NCBI GenBank assembly: GCA_049604715.1
Contig: JBMYTV010000003.1
Location: forward strand, 4,228-68,227
DNA: 64,000 nt
Direction of reading: 5' to 3'
From: Patescibacteria group bacterium
GTDB taxonomy: Bacteria > Patescibacteriota > Patescibacteriia > S139-126 > S139-133
Below are positions 19,295-28,059 of the stretch, piece by piece. Numbering within the stretch: position 1 is the stretch's first letter; each line of letters starts with the position of its first letter. The notes under the pieces were generated by a model. That model was not told the origin of the DNA. It did not search any database and worked only from the letters and a program-made list of their open reading frames with translations. A program made the translations under genes and the position numbers.

Positions 19295-19669
19295 ATAGTG
19301 TTTTCCTTTCTGTGGCCAAAATGGCCCCTCTACACACCTTAAACTCAAGATTTTAATGTCAGACTAGCCAACACGAGGAAATACCTTGATAAGTGTGTAT
19401 GTGTGATTATGTTTAATAAAACCTCTACATAGACATAAAAATGCCCATGCTGCATAGGTATGCCAATACAATACTACAAAATACAACTTTTTGCAAGTAC
19501 CTATTTGATACTTAATATACACTATAATTGATTAAGCAAAGTGGCATAGTAAGCTCTAAATAGTCATGGTGAGCATGCCGAACCATATTATTTTTAAAAA
19601 ACACCCTTCGACAAGCTCAGGGCGACCACTCACCAACTCTAAAGTCCTCTTTTTAGCAGCATTTGGGGT

Positions 19670-19757
19670 CTGGGGTGGCAACTTGTTTGAGCGTCATTGC
19701 TAGAGACGGCTAATGGCAAATTGGCTAATCTAGCGAGTTTTGCCACCCCAGTGTTTT
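19670..19757 (+). other. Nested inverted repeat / candidate structured RNA element in the rpsB-rpmE divergent intergenic region
   Basis: A perfect 12-bp stem (ctggggtggcaa 19670-19681 / ttgccaccccag 19740-19751) encloses an inner 6-bp stem (gctaga 19699-19704 / tctagc 19729-19734). It is followed by a TTTTT run. The intergenic region is ~510 bp. Confidence 0.3.
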
Positions 19758-19795
19758 TGGATACTTTTGACAACAAAAGTATCTATCATTTAGTC

Positions 19796-19824
19796 TTGTC
19801 AAAAAAACCATTTTATGCTATTAT
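19796..19824 (+). promoter_or_regulatory. Putative sigma70-type promoter of rpmE
   Basis: TTGTCA at 19796-19801, a 17-nt spacer, and TATTAT at 19819-19824, ~40 nt upstream of the rpmE start. Confidence 0.4.
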
Positions 19825-19862
19825 GGCAGCACTGTATTGAATTATTTGTATATCAGAAATAT

Positions 19863-20147
19863 ATGAAAAAAGATCTACATCCAGAATGGCATCCAGATGC
19901 AACTATTACCTGCAACGGCGAGGTTATTGCTACTGTGGGTTCCACAGTAAAAGAAATGGAAGTTGAGGTATGGGCTGGTAATCACCCATTTTTCACTGGA
20001 CAAAGTAATGTCGTTGACACCGCTGGCCGAGTTGATCGTTTCAAGCGTTTGCAAGAAAAGCAGTCAGCTGTATCAAAGCAGCGTTCTACCAAAACTGTAA
20101 AAAAGGCAAAACAAGCAAAAGCTCGATCAGACAAAGACGAGAAATAA
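19863..20147 (+). CDS. rpmE: 50S ribosomal protein L31 (Cys-less type B form, with basic C-terminal extension)
   Basis: MKKDLHPEWHPDATITC...VWAGNHPFFTGQ L31 core without the Zn-binding Cys pairs. The likely start is the internal MKKDLHP. Confidence 0.8.
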   Translation: MKKDLHPEWHPDATITCNGEVIATVGSTVKEMEVEVWAGNHPFFTGQSNVVDTAGRVDRFKRLQEKQSAVSKQRSTKTVKKAKQAKARSDKDEK

Positions 20148-20162
20148 CCTTATTTTTTGACA

Positions 20163-20196
20163 AAAACCCCGCGAGTGTATTAGACCCGGGGTTTTT
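20163..20196 (+). terminator. Probable intrinsic terminator after rpmE
   Basis: aaaaccccg...cggggttttt: a 9-bp stem with a ~15-nt loop followed by a T-run. Confidence 0.4.
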
Positions 20197-20210
20197 GCTA
20201 TGATACATGT

Positions 20211-21284
20211 ATGGATATCAAACCAAACAAACGAATACCAGAACTTGAAAAGACTATCACTGATCTTGAGCGTGATATGACTGAAGCTGCGCATGATGCA
20301 GTCAAAATGAAAAAATTTGGCAAAGAGTACAACAAGGCAAAAGAACTACATACTCTCTACGTGCAGTACCAAGATACTACAGCCGCACTCAAAGAAGCAG
20401 AAACCATGAGTGTAAGTGATGATATTGAAATGCAGCAACTTGCTGAAGAAGAAATAAAAGAGCTACAACCAAAGGTAGGAGAACTTGCAATGCGCATCGA
20501 TGAACTTGAACATCCTGCTGACCCTATGGATGAGAAAGATATTATTGTAGAGATCAGAGCTGGCACTGGAGGTGATGAGGCTGCATTATTTGCTGGTGAC
20601 CTATTTCGCATGTACTCACGCTTTGCAGAGCGTCGTGGTTGGAAAACTACACTACTTTCAAGTAATGCCATTGGTATTGGTGGATATAAAGAAGTTGTAT
20701 TTGGGATTAGTGGCGAAAACGTATACTCGCTTCTAAAATTTGAATCTGGCACTCACCGCGTACAACGTATTCCTGAAACAGAAAAGTCAGGGCGCGTACA
20801 TACCTCAGCTGCAACAGTAGCAATTCTACCTGAAGCTGATGAAGTTGATGCTGAGATTGACGCAAATGACGTTAAGGTTGAGACATCAACCTCAACTGGT
20901 AATGGCGGTCAGTCAGTAAATACTACTTATTCCGCTATTCGCATCACCCACTTGCCTACTGGTATTGTAGTAAAATGTCAGGACGAAAAATCGCAACAAC
21001 AAAATCGTAAAAAGGCCATGCAGGTATTGAGCGCACGTGTATTGGCGCACAAACAAGAACAAGCCCAAAAAGAACGTAGCTCTATGCGCAAGTCACAGAT
21101 AGGCTCAGGTGATCGTAGTGAAAAAATTCGAACATATAACTTCCCACAGGACAGAGTAACTGATCACCGCATTAAGCAAAACTGGCATAACCTAAATGGC
21201 ATTCTTGATGGAGATATTGATGCTGTTATAACTGCACTCAAAGCAGTTGAACGCAAAGAACTGGAACAAGCCCGAAACGAATGA
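20211..21284 (+). CDS. prfA: Peptide chain release factor 1
   Basis: GGQ motif ([25 protein letters not shown]). RF1-type tripeptide region [24 protein letters not shown]. The stop TGA overlaps the prmC ATG. Confidence 0.9.
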   Translation: MDIKPNKRIPELEKTITDLERDMTEAAHDAVKMKKFGKEYNKAKELHTLYVQYQDTTAALKEAETMSVSDDIEMQQLAEEEIKELQPKVGELAMRIDELEHPADPMDEKDIIVEIRAGTGGDEAALFAGDLFRMYSRFAERRGWKTTLLSSNAIGIGGYKEVVFGISGENVYSLLKFESGTHRVQRIPETEKSGRVHTSAATVAILPEADEVDAEIDANDVKVETSTSTGNGGQSVNTTYSAIRITHLPTGIVVKCQDEKSQQQNRKKAMQVLSARVLAHKQEQAQKERSSMRKSQIGSGDRSEKIRTYNFPQDRVTDHRIKQNWHNLNGILDGDIDAVITALKAVERKELEQARNE

Positions 21285-22147
21285 CATACAAAAAAGCCCT
21301 TGCCTGGGCTGCTGCAACTTTAAAATCATCCGACTCACCTCACCTTGACAGTGAGGTGCTTTTGGCTTTTGTGCTAAATATAAATCGTGCACATGTACTA
21401 AGCCATTTAGATGATTCCCTAGGGAGAGCAGAACAAAAGAAATTCAAAAAACTTATCCACAAGCGTTTACACGGCACACCTGTTGCCTATTTAACCAAGA
21501 ACAAGTCATTTTATGGTCATGAATTTTATGTAAATAAACATGTGCTTGTCCCCCGTCCTGATACTGAGTGTATTGTTGAATTTCTAAAAAATAAAAACGT
21601 ACATCCAAGAGCTACATATATTGACATAGGCACAGGCTCAGGATGCATTGCTATTTCTATAAAAAAACTTTTCCCTTACAGCACAGTGCTTGCTTCAGAC
21701 ATATCACGTAGGGCACTTAAAGTTGCAAAGAAAAACGCAAAGACGCTTAATGCAGATGTAATTTTTTATACTGGCAACTTATGGAAGCCATACGAAAAGC
21801 TTACCTCAATACGAGCACCACACCATCCGCTTATTGTTATTGCCAATCTCCCCTATCTTGAAAAAAAATACATAACTGGCGACCTTGAGTCAGAACCTCG
21901 CCACGCACTTTTTGCAAAAGACAAAGGACTTAAGCTATACAAGAAGCTACTCAAACAAATACATCACAGCTATATCAAACCCGACATGATCTGTATGGAA
22001 ATATTGCCTGAGCAAGTACAAGGTTTAAAACGTGCAAGCAAACACTCTTTACCAAATTATGCTCCACATATAGTCAAAGATATTAGCAACAAAGAAAGAT
22101 ATGTAATTTTAGAGCGGAAACTTGACGACTCTGATGAAGAGGCGTAG
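21281..22147 (+). CDS. prmC: Release factor glutamine N5-methyltransferase PrmC/HemK
   Basis: SAM-MTase motif [11 protein letters not shown] and substrate motif VIANLPY (an NPPY variant). It is translationally coupled to prfA (ATGA overlap). Confidence 0.8.
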   Translation: MTYKKALAWAAATLKSSDSPHLDSEVLLAFVLNINRAHVLSHLDDSLGRAEQKKFKKLIHKRLHGTPVAYLTKNKSFYGHEFYVNKHVLVPRPDTECIVEFLKNKNVHPRATYIDIGTGSGCIAISIKKLFPYSTVLASDISRRALKVAKKNAKTLNADVIFYTGNLWKPYEKLTSIRAPHHPLIVIANLPYLEKKYITGDLESEPRHALFAKDKGLKLYKKLLKQIHHSYIKPDMICMEILPEQVQGLKRASKHSLPNYAPHIVKDISNKERYVILERKLDDSDEEA

Positions 22148-22196
22148 GGTAGATACGTAGTCCTTTAAGTTAAACCAATAAACAGGATGGTGTATT

Positions 22197-22598
22197 ATGA
22201 TGAAATACTTGTCCGTTTTACTCGTCGCGCTGTTGCTGATTACAGCGTCAACCTTTGCCCAAACAAAAACTAATGAAGGAAAGGTTGAAACCTTAAAGTC
22301 AGCCACCGGCGAAATCGTTTCAAAGACGTATAGTGATGTTTCCATCACGATTACATGCCCCTGGTTGGATCCCGAAACATACGCCGAGGCCAAGGCAGAA
22401 GTACTCTACGCAAAGGCAGACTCCACCAGCACTACCGCAACACCTTATCGGTTAAACCTCTACCTGAAAGACCAAAGCAAAGCGCACGGCGACTATAACC
22501 TCCGGAATTTGGAAAAGACTGAAATGAAAATTATCATCTCCGACCCGGACAATGGCAACAAAGTATTAGTTCGATTTCCACCTGCAGCCACATCCTAA
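22197..22598 (+). CDS. Small secreted hypothetical protein
   Basis: Signal peptide MMKYLSVLLVALLLITASTFAQT. No recognisable domain. Confidence 0.5.
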   Translation: MMKYLSVLLVALLLITASTFAQTKTNEGKVETLKSATGEIVSKTYSDVSITITCPWLDPETYAEAKAEVLYAKADSTSTTATPYRLNLYLKDQSKAHGDYNLRNLEKTEMKIIISDPDNGNKVLVRFPPAATS

Positions 22599-22605
22599 CC
22601 CTGGC

Positions 22606-22629
22606 AACCACTACAACGTAGTGGTTTTT
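22606..22629 (+). terminator. Rho-independent terminator (plus-strand gene)
   Basis: aaccactac-aac-gtagtggtt hairpin followed by TTTTT. Confidence 0.6.
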
Positions 22630-22640
22630 GTACATTATAA

Positions 22641-22663
22641 AACCTCGCTCTTTGAGCGAGGTT
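22641..22663 (-). terminator. Hairpin terminator for convergent giant gene
   Basis: aacctcgctc-ttt-gagcgaggtt, a 10-bp stem. The minus-strand reading is followed by TTTATAAT. Confidence 0.45.
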
Positions 22664-22681
22664 ATTAAAAGAGTCATTAAG

Positions 22682-25600
22682 TTAACGAATCAAAAGCATC
22701 TTTTTCACCTTGTGAAACGACTCTGTTGATATGCGGTAAAAATACATACCGCTCGCAACATTTCGTGCGTCCCACTGCACATGGTGATATCCGGCATTAT
22801 GCCGCTCATCAACCAAACGAGCAACCTCCTGTCCTAGGAGATTGTATACCACGATTTTCACATGAGTATCATGAGGTAAATCAAACGCTATAGTCGTCAT
22901 TGGATTAAAAGGATTGGGGTAATTTTGATGGAGATTGTACTCTGTTGGCAATAGTGAGATGACTTCATCGTCACCAGCGCTTTGCTTAGCAAGTAGATTA
23001 GCATCATACGGAAGACCACTGCCATCTGCATACAGATCTGTAATCTCACTACTACTCAGCATCCGAGACCACATACCAAGCTGATCAACAGCGCCATTGG
23101 CATAGGGCGCATTACCGTTTTCCCAAGCACCAACCCTGAATACAGCTGCGCTGGTATTGATCGTAGTTGGCAAACCGCCAAGACTGTCGGTAAGAACACC
23201 ATCCTTGTACACGCGAACACTTCCAATTGACATATCATATACCCAGACAAAGTGGTACCACGCATTACTACTGATAGCACCAATATCCAGATATACTTGT
23301 GATGTAGTGTTATTTGTACCGTCTGCAGAAATTACTACCTGAGCCTTGTTACCACTACTAAGTTTCCTAATACATACCATATAGCTTCGATTGGGCTGGC
23401 CATCATCCTTGTAGACAACTGGAAACTTTGTTTTTGTTTCCCATGACTTTGGATGCAGCCATGCTGATATCGTAAAGCTACTGGCTAGATCAAGGCCATA
23501 CTCTGTGCCTGGTTGAATTGACAAATACTCACTGTTACTTGCTGTAAAATCAGCCGCAACATCCTGGATGCCAGCAAGCGACGTAACAGTGTTGTTGTCA
23601 GCCAAATCATTTGAACCATGGGCATCGTATCGCGTGCCACTGGTCTCATTCATCTCCCAGAAAGAAACAAGATCATCAGTCAGTGTCGCATGGTGTGCAA
23701 TATCAGGCTCACTCGGAACCATCACCGTGTCATTACTTGCTGCACGATACACCACCTGCAGCACCGGCCGTTTTGCTACATCAACATGATCAGCAGTAGC
23801 AACCTGCACGTACGATCCGCGTCCCCACACACCGGCATACTCATTCACCGTCATATCGAGGATGTCATCACCTTGCCGCAGAGCAAGTGTAGTCATGCTA
23901 CTCAGATCGATCCATGACCTTCCAGCAGAATCAAGCTCTATCACCACTGTGCTATCAAGATGCAGTGCAAAATCCGTTGGTGCAAAATACAACCGCTCAG
24001 CACCTTCGATAGGGTTAGATATTGCACCCATGTGGCTGTAATCACCTGCTGTAACCGGCAAATCGTACGTCCCGCGTGTTACCCCGAGAAAGTGCGACTG
24101 ACCTTGAGAATTCCGGTAATCAACCACATGCATCTGCAGCGTCGCAGCTACTATTTCAACAGTATCAGGCAACACTGAGGTATCAAATGGCAATGCATAC
24201 CGCCGAATATCACCCCATGCCGGCCCATCAAACTGACTTACGCCAATCTGAACCACTGTAGCATCAACCGATTCAACCACGCCAGTTGCCAGGTCATGAT
24301 GATATGACCAAGAGGTCTGGTAACCATAATTACCATCCTGCACCACTACATCAGCGGCATCAGCATAGATCAGCACGGTATCGCAATCAGCACACGCAGT
24401 TGTTGTATCATCCATGACTGTTGTGACAGTTGTAAGCACTGCTTCTGCACTTGGTGTTCCACCACGCTGGTGCGTAGATACATCAGTCAGGTCATCATTA
24501 AACGGCCAATATCCGATGAGTCCACTATCAGCGGTCGCATAATACTCTGTACTGAGCGTCACGTCTTTAGTTGCATTAATCTGGCTTTGCGTGCGAGTAC
24601 GATTCCACACACGCACTTCATCAACATAGCCATTGATCACAGCGCGATTGTAATAGTACATATTGTCATCCGATCCACCAATATACCATGGATAGTCTGC
24701 CTGCCAGGTTGACCCGCAATTACCAGGCTTTGTAGAAACTAGGTTACCATCAAGAAAAAGCTGAATACCAGCAGAGCCATTATAAGTAGCTACGATATGG
24801 TACCAACGATCAAGCTCTAAACTCACAGGATACTCTGCAACATCAGCCGTACCGCTAATAAAGCAATAGATCTTGGATGGTGTCAGACCAAGCTCAAACA
24901 CAGGATTGTTGTGCTCGTTATGCCAGTTGCTAATAATCGCACCTGTTGAAAGCGCATTCAAATACACCTTGCCTTCAAAGGTAAACTGATTACCACTCAT
25001 ACCACCAGATGCCGCCTCAACACGATCCTTATGCCCATCAAAGGCAGCGACTGTATCTATCACTGTTGTGGTTTGCTCTGCCTGCGGATTTGCAACAGTC
25101 ACTGTATATGGATACCGCACTGTTGCCAAAGTACTTAGGTTCTCTCCTTGACTAAGTACTTGTACTTCATAGCGTGAGACATCAGTTGGTAGTGTGAATA
25201 TAGGACTGAGCCATACTGTATCTTGCGCAAAAGACAGTGTGTCATCTGCAGGATTCACATTCCAGTACGACGTTCCGTACGAATCATATAGCCGCACACG
25301 GAAATTAGGCAGTACTACTTTCTGGCCATCATCTTCATCGTGATCAAATGCCACGCGCACGTACACCTGACTTTCAGGTGTATGTTCACGCTTGATTGAA
25401 TCACCAACAGCGTTACTTAAGAACACGCTCGACACATGCACAGAATCAATACCCCAGGGTTGATACACACTAAACCCAAGTGGATTTTGTGCGCCATCAA
25501 TATCCTGGTAGTCCAGTCCATCATGTGCAGACACCCATAGCTCGTGCGCACCCAGATTGTACATTGGATCCATCACTGCGCTAAATGTCAGACTGTCATA

Positions 25601-27280
25601 CGGCATTAGCGTCACACTGGTATCACCAAACATGGTAAACCGCTGATCCTGAGTCTCAAGCTCAAACCGCACAATCTGCTCGGTAGTATCGCCGCTGGTT
25701 GACGCAACAGTTGCTGTAACAACTGCACTATCATACTGCAGCGGTACTGACCCTGGCACAATACTCACTGCCGTTACTTCCAAAAGATCTGGGTTGTAGG
25801 TTGTGTTTGGGTTACCTGCAAGTACAGGAAATAAACGCTCTTGCACTTCAGGTGCAATTGCACCAATCTGCCAACTCTGACCATCTTTGGTGACAAACAC
25901 CTTGAAGGTGTAGTTGCCACTATCAGCAAACGTGTGGTTCACCGTTTGCTCATAAAAGGCATCACCCGCAACCGTCACGTTATTCCATTCCCAGGATGCG
26001 ATTGTGGGGCCGTAGGCACGCAAACGAATACTCTCGTACGTCACTGACTCACTCTCTAAATTCTTGAGCTTCACCGTAAAATCGTACGGGATGTTCTCCA
26101 CGCCAGATGACGGAATCGTCCATTGGTAGATGGATACTGCACCAGTTCCGTTGCCAGAACCACCACTTCCGCCTATACCCGCTATTGTCATCAAAGCGGT
26201 ATTACTAGCGATCTTTGTGCTACCTAACCACACCTCTACAACACCGGGCGTATTTGAATAATAGCTGGGCACATACTTCATATACCCATGATCAAAATAC
26301 TGGTATGTGTTTCCATCTAACTCATTAAACTCTTCATCGCTGGTTGGCGCACCAAGATCGGTAGGTCCGAAATACTGACCACCTGTTTTGTCAGAAAGGT
26401 TCATGTAAAAATCACGAAAACCTTCTTTCAAAAGAAATGCTTCAGTACCAGCAGAATTCAGCATAATAGCCGTGTGGCCATCATAGAATCCAGTATTGTC
26501 TCCATAAAAATCCTGGAGGGTGATACCGGACCAGTCGTGGACGAAGTATCCACCGCCGTTGTCGTTGGGTAATCCTAAATTACCAGTAAGATAAGCGAAC
26601 AAATTAGAGATTGGTTTTGACTGCTTGGAATATGAGCTTGTATGCCAGGGTGGAAAGTCGCCATATTGAGCAAGTCCCAACACCCAGGGCATAGGGTCTG
26701 TGAAATCTGATCCCATACCTGAACCATTTTCATACCCCCTGAGCCATGCAGAGCCATCATTACTTTTAGCTGTCTGTTCATCAGACAGTCGAAAAGCTAA
26801 ATGAAGATGCTCTGCTCCATCACCATTATGCGCATCATCATTGATATAACCCAAAACATCACCCGGATTAACAACGTCGCCATAGCTGTAAGAAAGTGCT
26901 GCACCACCTCTCTCCTGACTACTTCTTAGGTGACCATAGATTATTAGCAACTTAGTTGCCTCGACTAGCTCACCATAGCTATTAACAAACATAAGCACTT
27001 CCGGTAAAACAGACTCTGTTGCAGCAACTAATTCCCCATAACCCACCGCTGGACCGTAATAAACAATCTTACCCGAGGCGATTGCTTCTACAGCTGTACC
27101 TTCTAAAAGGTCAATATCTGACCCTAGATGATTCTGATTGTAGTAAAAACTACGGCCTTCGTAATAATTCCAACCGGAAGACATGGTCTGATTCGGATAA
27201 TTAAAACCCGAAACAGGACTTTGAGCAAAAAGAATACTCGAAACAAAAATGAGCGCCAACAACAAATACGAAATCTTCAT
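22682..27280 (-). CDS. Giant secreted multidomain protein: N-terminal M23 (LytM-type) peptidase, beta-sandwich repeats, two LamG-like (concanavalin-like) domains, C-terminal T9SS-type sorting domain
   Basis: Signal peptide MKISYLLLALIFVSSILFAQS. M23 motifs HLGSDID ... HLHLAF. LamG-like motifs VDEVRVWNRTRTQSQI and DQLGMWSRMLSSSEITDLY. C-terminus NYPNPFNPMTTIAFDLP...VKIVVYNLLGQEVARLV...SGMYFYRI matches the Por/T9SS C-terminal sorting domain consensus. Confidence 0.75.
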   Translation of the reverse strand: MKISYLLLALIFVSSILFAQSPVSGFNYPNQTMSSGWNYYEGRSFYYNQNHLGSDIDLLEGTAVEAIASGKIVYYGPAVGYGELVAATESVLPEVLMFVNSYGELVEATKLLIIYGHLRSSQERGGAALSYSYGDVVNPGDVLGYINDDAHNGDGAEHLHLAFRLSDEQTAKSNDGSAWLRGYENGSGMGSDFTDPMPWVLGLAQYGDFPPWHTSSYSKQSKPISNLFAYLTGNLGLPNDNGGGYFVHDWSGITLQDFYGDNTGFYDGHTAIMLNSAGTEAFLLKEGFRDFYMNLSDKTGGQYFGPTDLGAPTSDEEFNELDGNTYQYFDHGYMKYVPSYYSNTPGVVEVWLGSTKIASNTALMTIAGIGGSGGSGNGTGAVSIYQWTIPSSGVENIPYDFTVKLKNLESESVTYESIRLRAYGPTIASWEWNNVTVAGDAFYEQTVNHTFADSGNYTFKVFVTKDGQSWQIGAIAPEVQERLFPVLAGNPNTTYNPDLLEVTAVSIVPGSVPLQYDSAVVTATVASTSGDTTEQIVRFELETQDQRFTMFGDTSVTLMPYDSLTFSAVMDPMYNLGAHELWVSAHDGLDYQDIDGAQNPLGFSVYQPWGIDSVHVSSVFLSNAVGDSIKREHTPESQVYVRVAFDHDEDDGQKVVLPNFRVRLYDSYGTSYWNVNPADDTLSFAQDTVWLSPIFTLPTDVSRYEVQVLSQGENLSTLATVRYPYTVTVANPQAEQTTTVIDTVAAFDGHKDRVEAASGGMSGNQFTFEGKVYLNALSTGAIISNWHNEHNNPVFELGLTPSKIYCFISGTADVAEYPVSLELDRWYHIVATYNGSAGIQLFLDGNLVSTKPGNCGSTWQADYPWYIGGSDDNMYYYNRAVINGYVDEVRVWNRTRTQSQINATKDVTLSTEYYATADSGLIGYWPFNDDLTDVSTHQRGGTPSAEAVLTTVTTVMDDTTTACADCDTVLIYADAADVVVQDGNYGYQTSWSYHHDLATGVVESVDATVVQIGVSQFDGPAWGDIRRYALPFDTSVLPDTVEIVAATLQMHVVDYRNSQGQSHFLGVTRGTYDLPVTAGDYSHMGAISNPIEGAERLYFAPTDFALHLDSTVVIELDSAGRSWIDLSSMTTLALRQGDDILDMTVNEYAGVWGRGSYVQVATADHVDVAKRPVLQVVYRAASNDTVMVPSEPDIAHHATLTDDLVSFWEMNETSGTRYDAHGSNDLADNNTVTSLAGIQDVAADFTASNSEYLSIQPGTEYGLDLASSFTISAWLHPKSWETKTKFPVVYKDDGQPNRSYMVCIRKLSSGNKAQVVISADGTNNTTSQVYLDIGAISSNAWYHFVWVYDMSIGSVRVYKDGVLTDSLGGLPTTINTSAAVFRVGAWENGNAPYANGAVDQLGMWSRMLSSSEITDLYADGSGLPYDANLLAKQSAGDDEVISLLPTEYNLHQNYPNPFNPMTTIAFDLPHDTHVKIVVYNLLGQEVARLVDERHNAGYHHVQWDARNVASGMYFYRISTESFHKVKKMLLIR

Positions 27281-27333
27281 AGCTTACTCCTTCTCTCCAA
27301 TGAGAGTTTTTAGTTATTAATGAACTTTTATTA

Positions 27334-27347
27334 GTGCTTATAAGCAC
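27334..27347. promoter_or_regulatory. Perfect 14-bp palindrome upstream of the giant gene
   Basis: GTGCTTATAAGCAC, ~55 nt upstream of the start codon. A shared motif AAGTTCATTWATAA follows it, and that motif is also present upstream of the 28060-29283 paralog. Confidence 0.3.
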
Positions 27348-27419
27348 ATATTGGCCGGATACAGATCCAAAACTTGATTATAAACACTTGTCTCGTAATT
27401 TCGCCTATAATATTAGGTG

Positions 27420-28025
27420 CTAAAAAACTTCCAAGGTTGTTAAAACTTTTATATAATTCTTATCTTCATTGATACTACTAACACCATACAAAGTAACTTC
27501 AATGAGCCTGTCATCAAAAGAAGCCACAATTGCTGTAGTCTCTATAATACCCAGAATATTAATGTAATTAACTCCTTTTATCTGTCCAATTGAAATAGTT
27601 TCTTTATCAGCTGCCAATTCTTCCAAATTATAAAGGAGAAGATCATTGCCCGGATGTAGTTTCTGCTTTGCAATGGCTTTATAAAAATCAGGGACTGATA
27701 GCTTTTCTGGATTATTAAAAACTTTAACCTTAAAGCTTCCTTCATCAAGGGGATCATTACTAACAAACAAATTCACAAAAGATTCTCCTTCCAATACAAC
27801 CCCCCACCCCTCCGGATACATAAACTCAAACCCATACTCCTCATTCCGGTACGTCTGCCAGTCTGAGGTGTCGATGTCTGATGCGATCAACTCTCCTTCT
27901 TGAGGCGCTTGGGTTGTGTGATCCTCGTTATCCGGTTGGTTATTTTTTTGAACATACCAAACACTACCTCCAATAAGGAGAATACCTAAAATTGATATTA
28001 TTACTATTATATTTTTTTTATTCAT
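27420..28025 (-). CDS. Small N-terminally anchored secreted protein, paralog family member A
   Basis: MNKKNIIVIISILGILLIGG TM/signal anchor plus the conserved block SDIDTSDWQTYRNEEYGFEFMYPEGW shared with two neighbours. Confidence 0.7.
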   Translation of the reverse strand: MNKKNIIVIISILGILLIGGSVWYVQKNNQPDNEDHTTQAPQEGELIASDIDTSDWQTYRNEEYGFEFMYPEGWGVVLEGESFVNLFVSNDPLDEGSFKVKVFNNPEKLSVPDFYKAIAKQKLHPGNDLLLYNLEELAADKETISIGQIKGVNYINILGIIETTAIVASFDDRLIEVTLYGVSSINEDKNYIKVLTTLEVF

Positions 28026-28059
28026 GTACTTTTTAATAATTTATAAATATATACAGTTA

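Noticed and set aside
23056-24712. Cluster of 60-100-aa plus-strand ORFs inside the giant minus-strand gene
   Set aside because: They are antisense ORFs within a long, GC-richer coding region with strong domain evidence on the minus strand. This is a typical shadow-ORF artefact.
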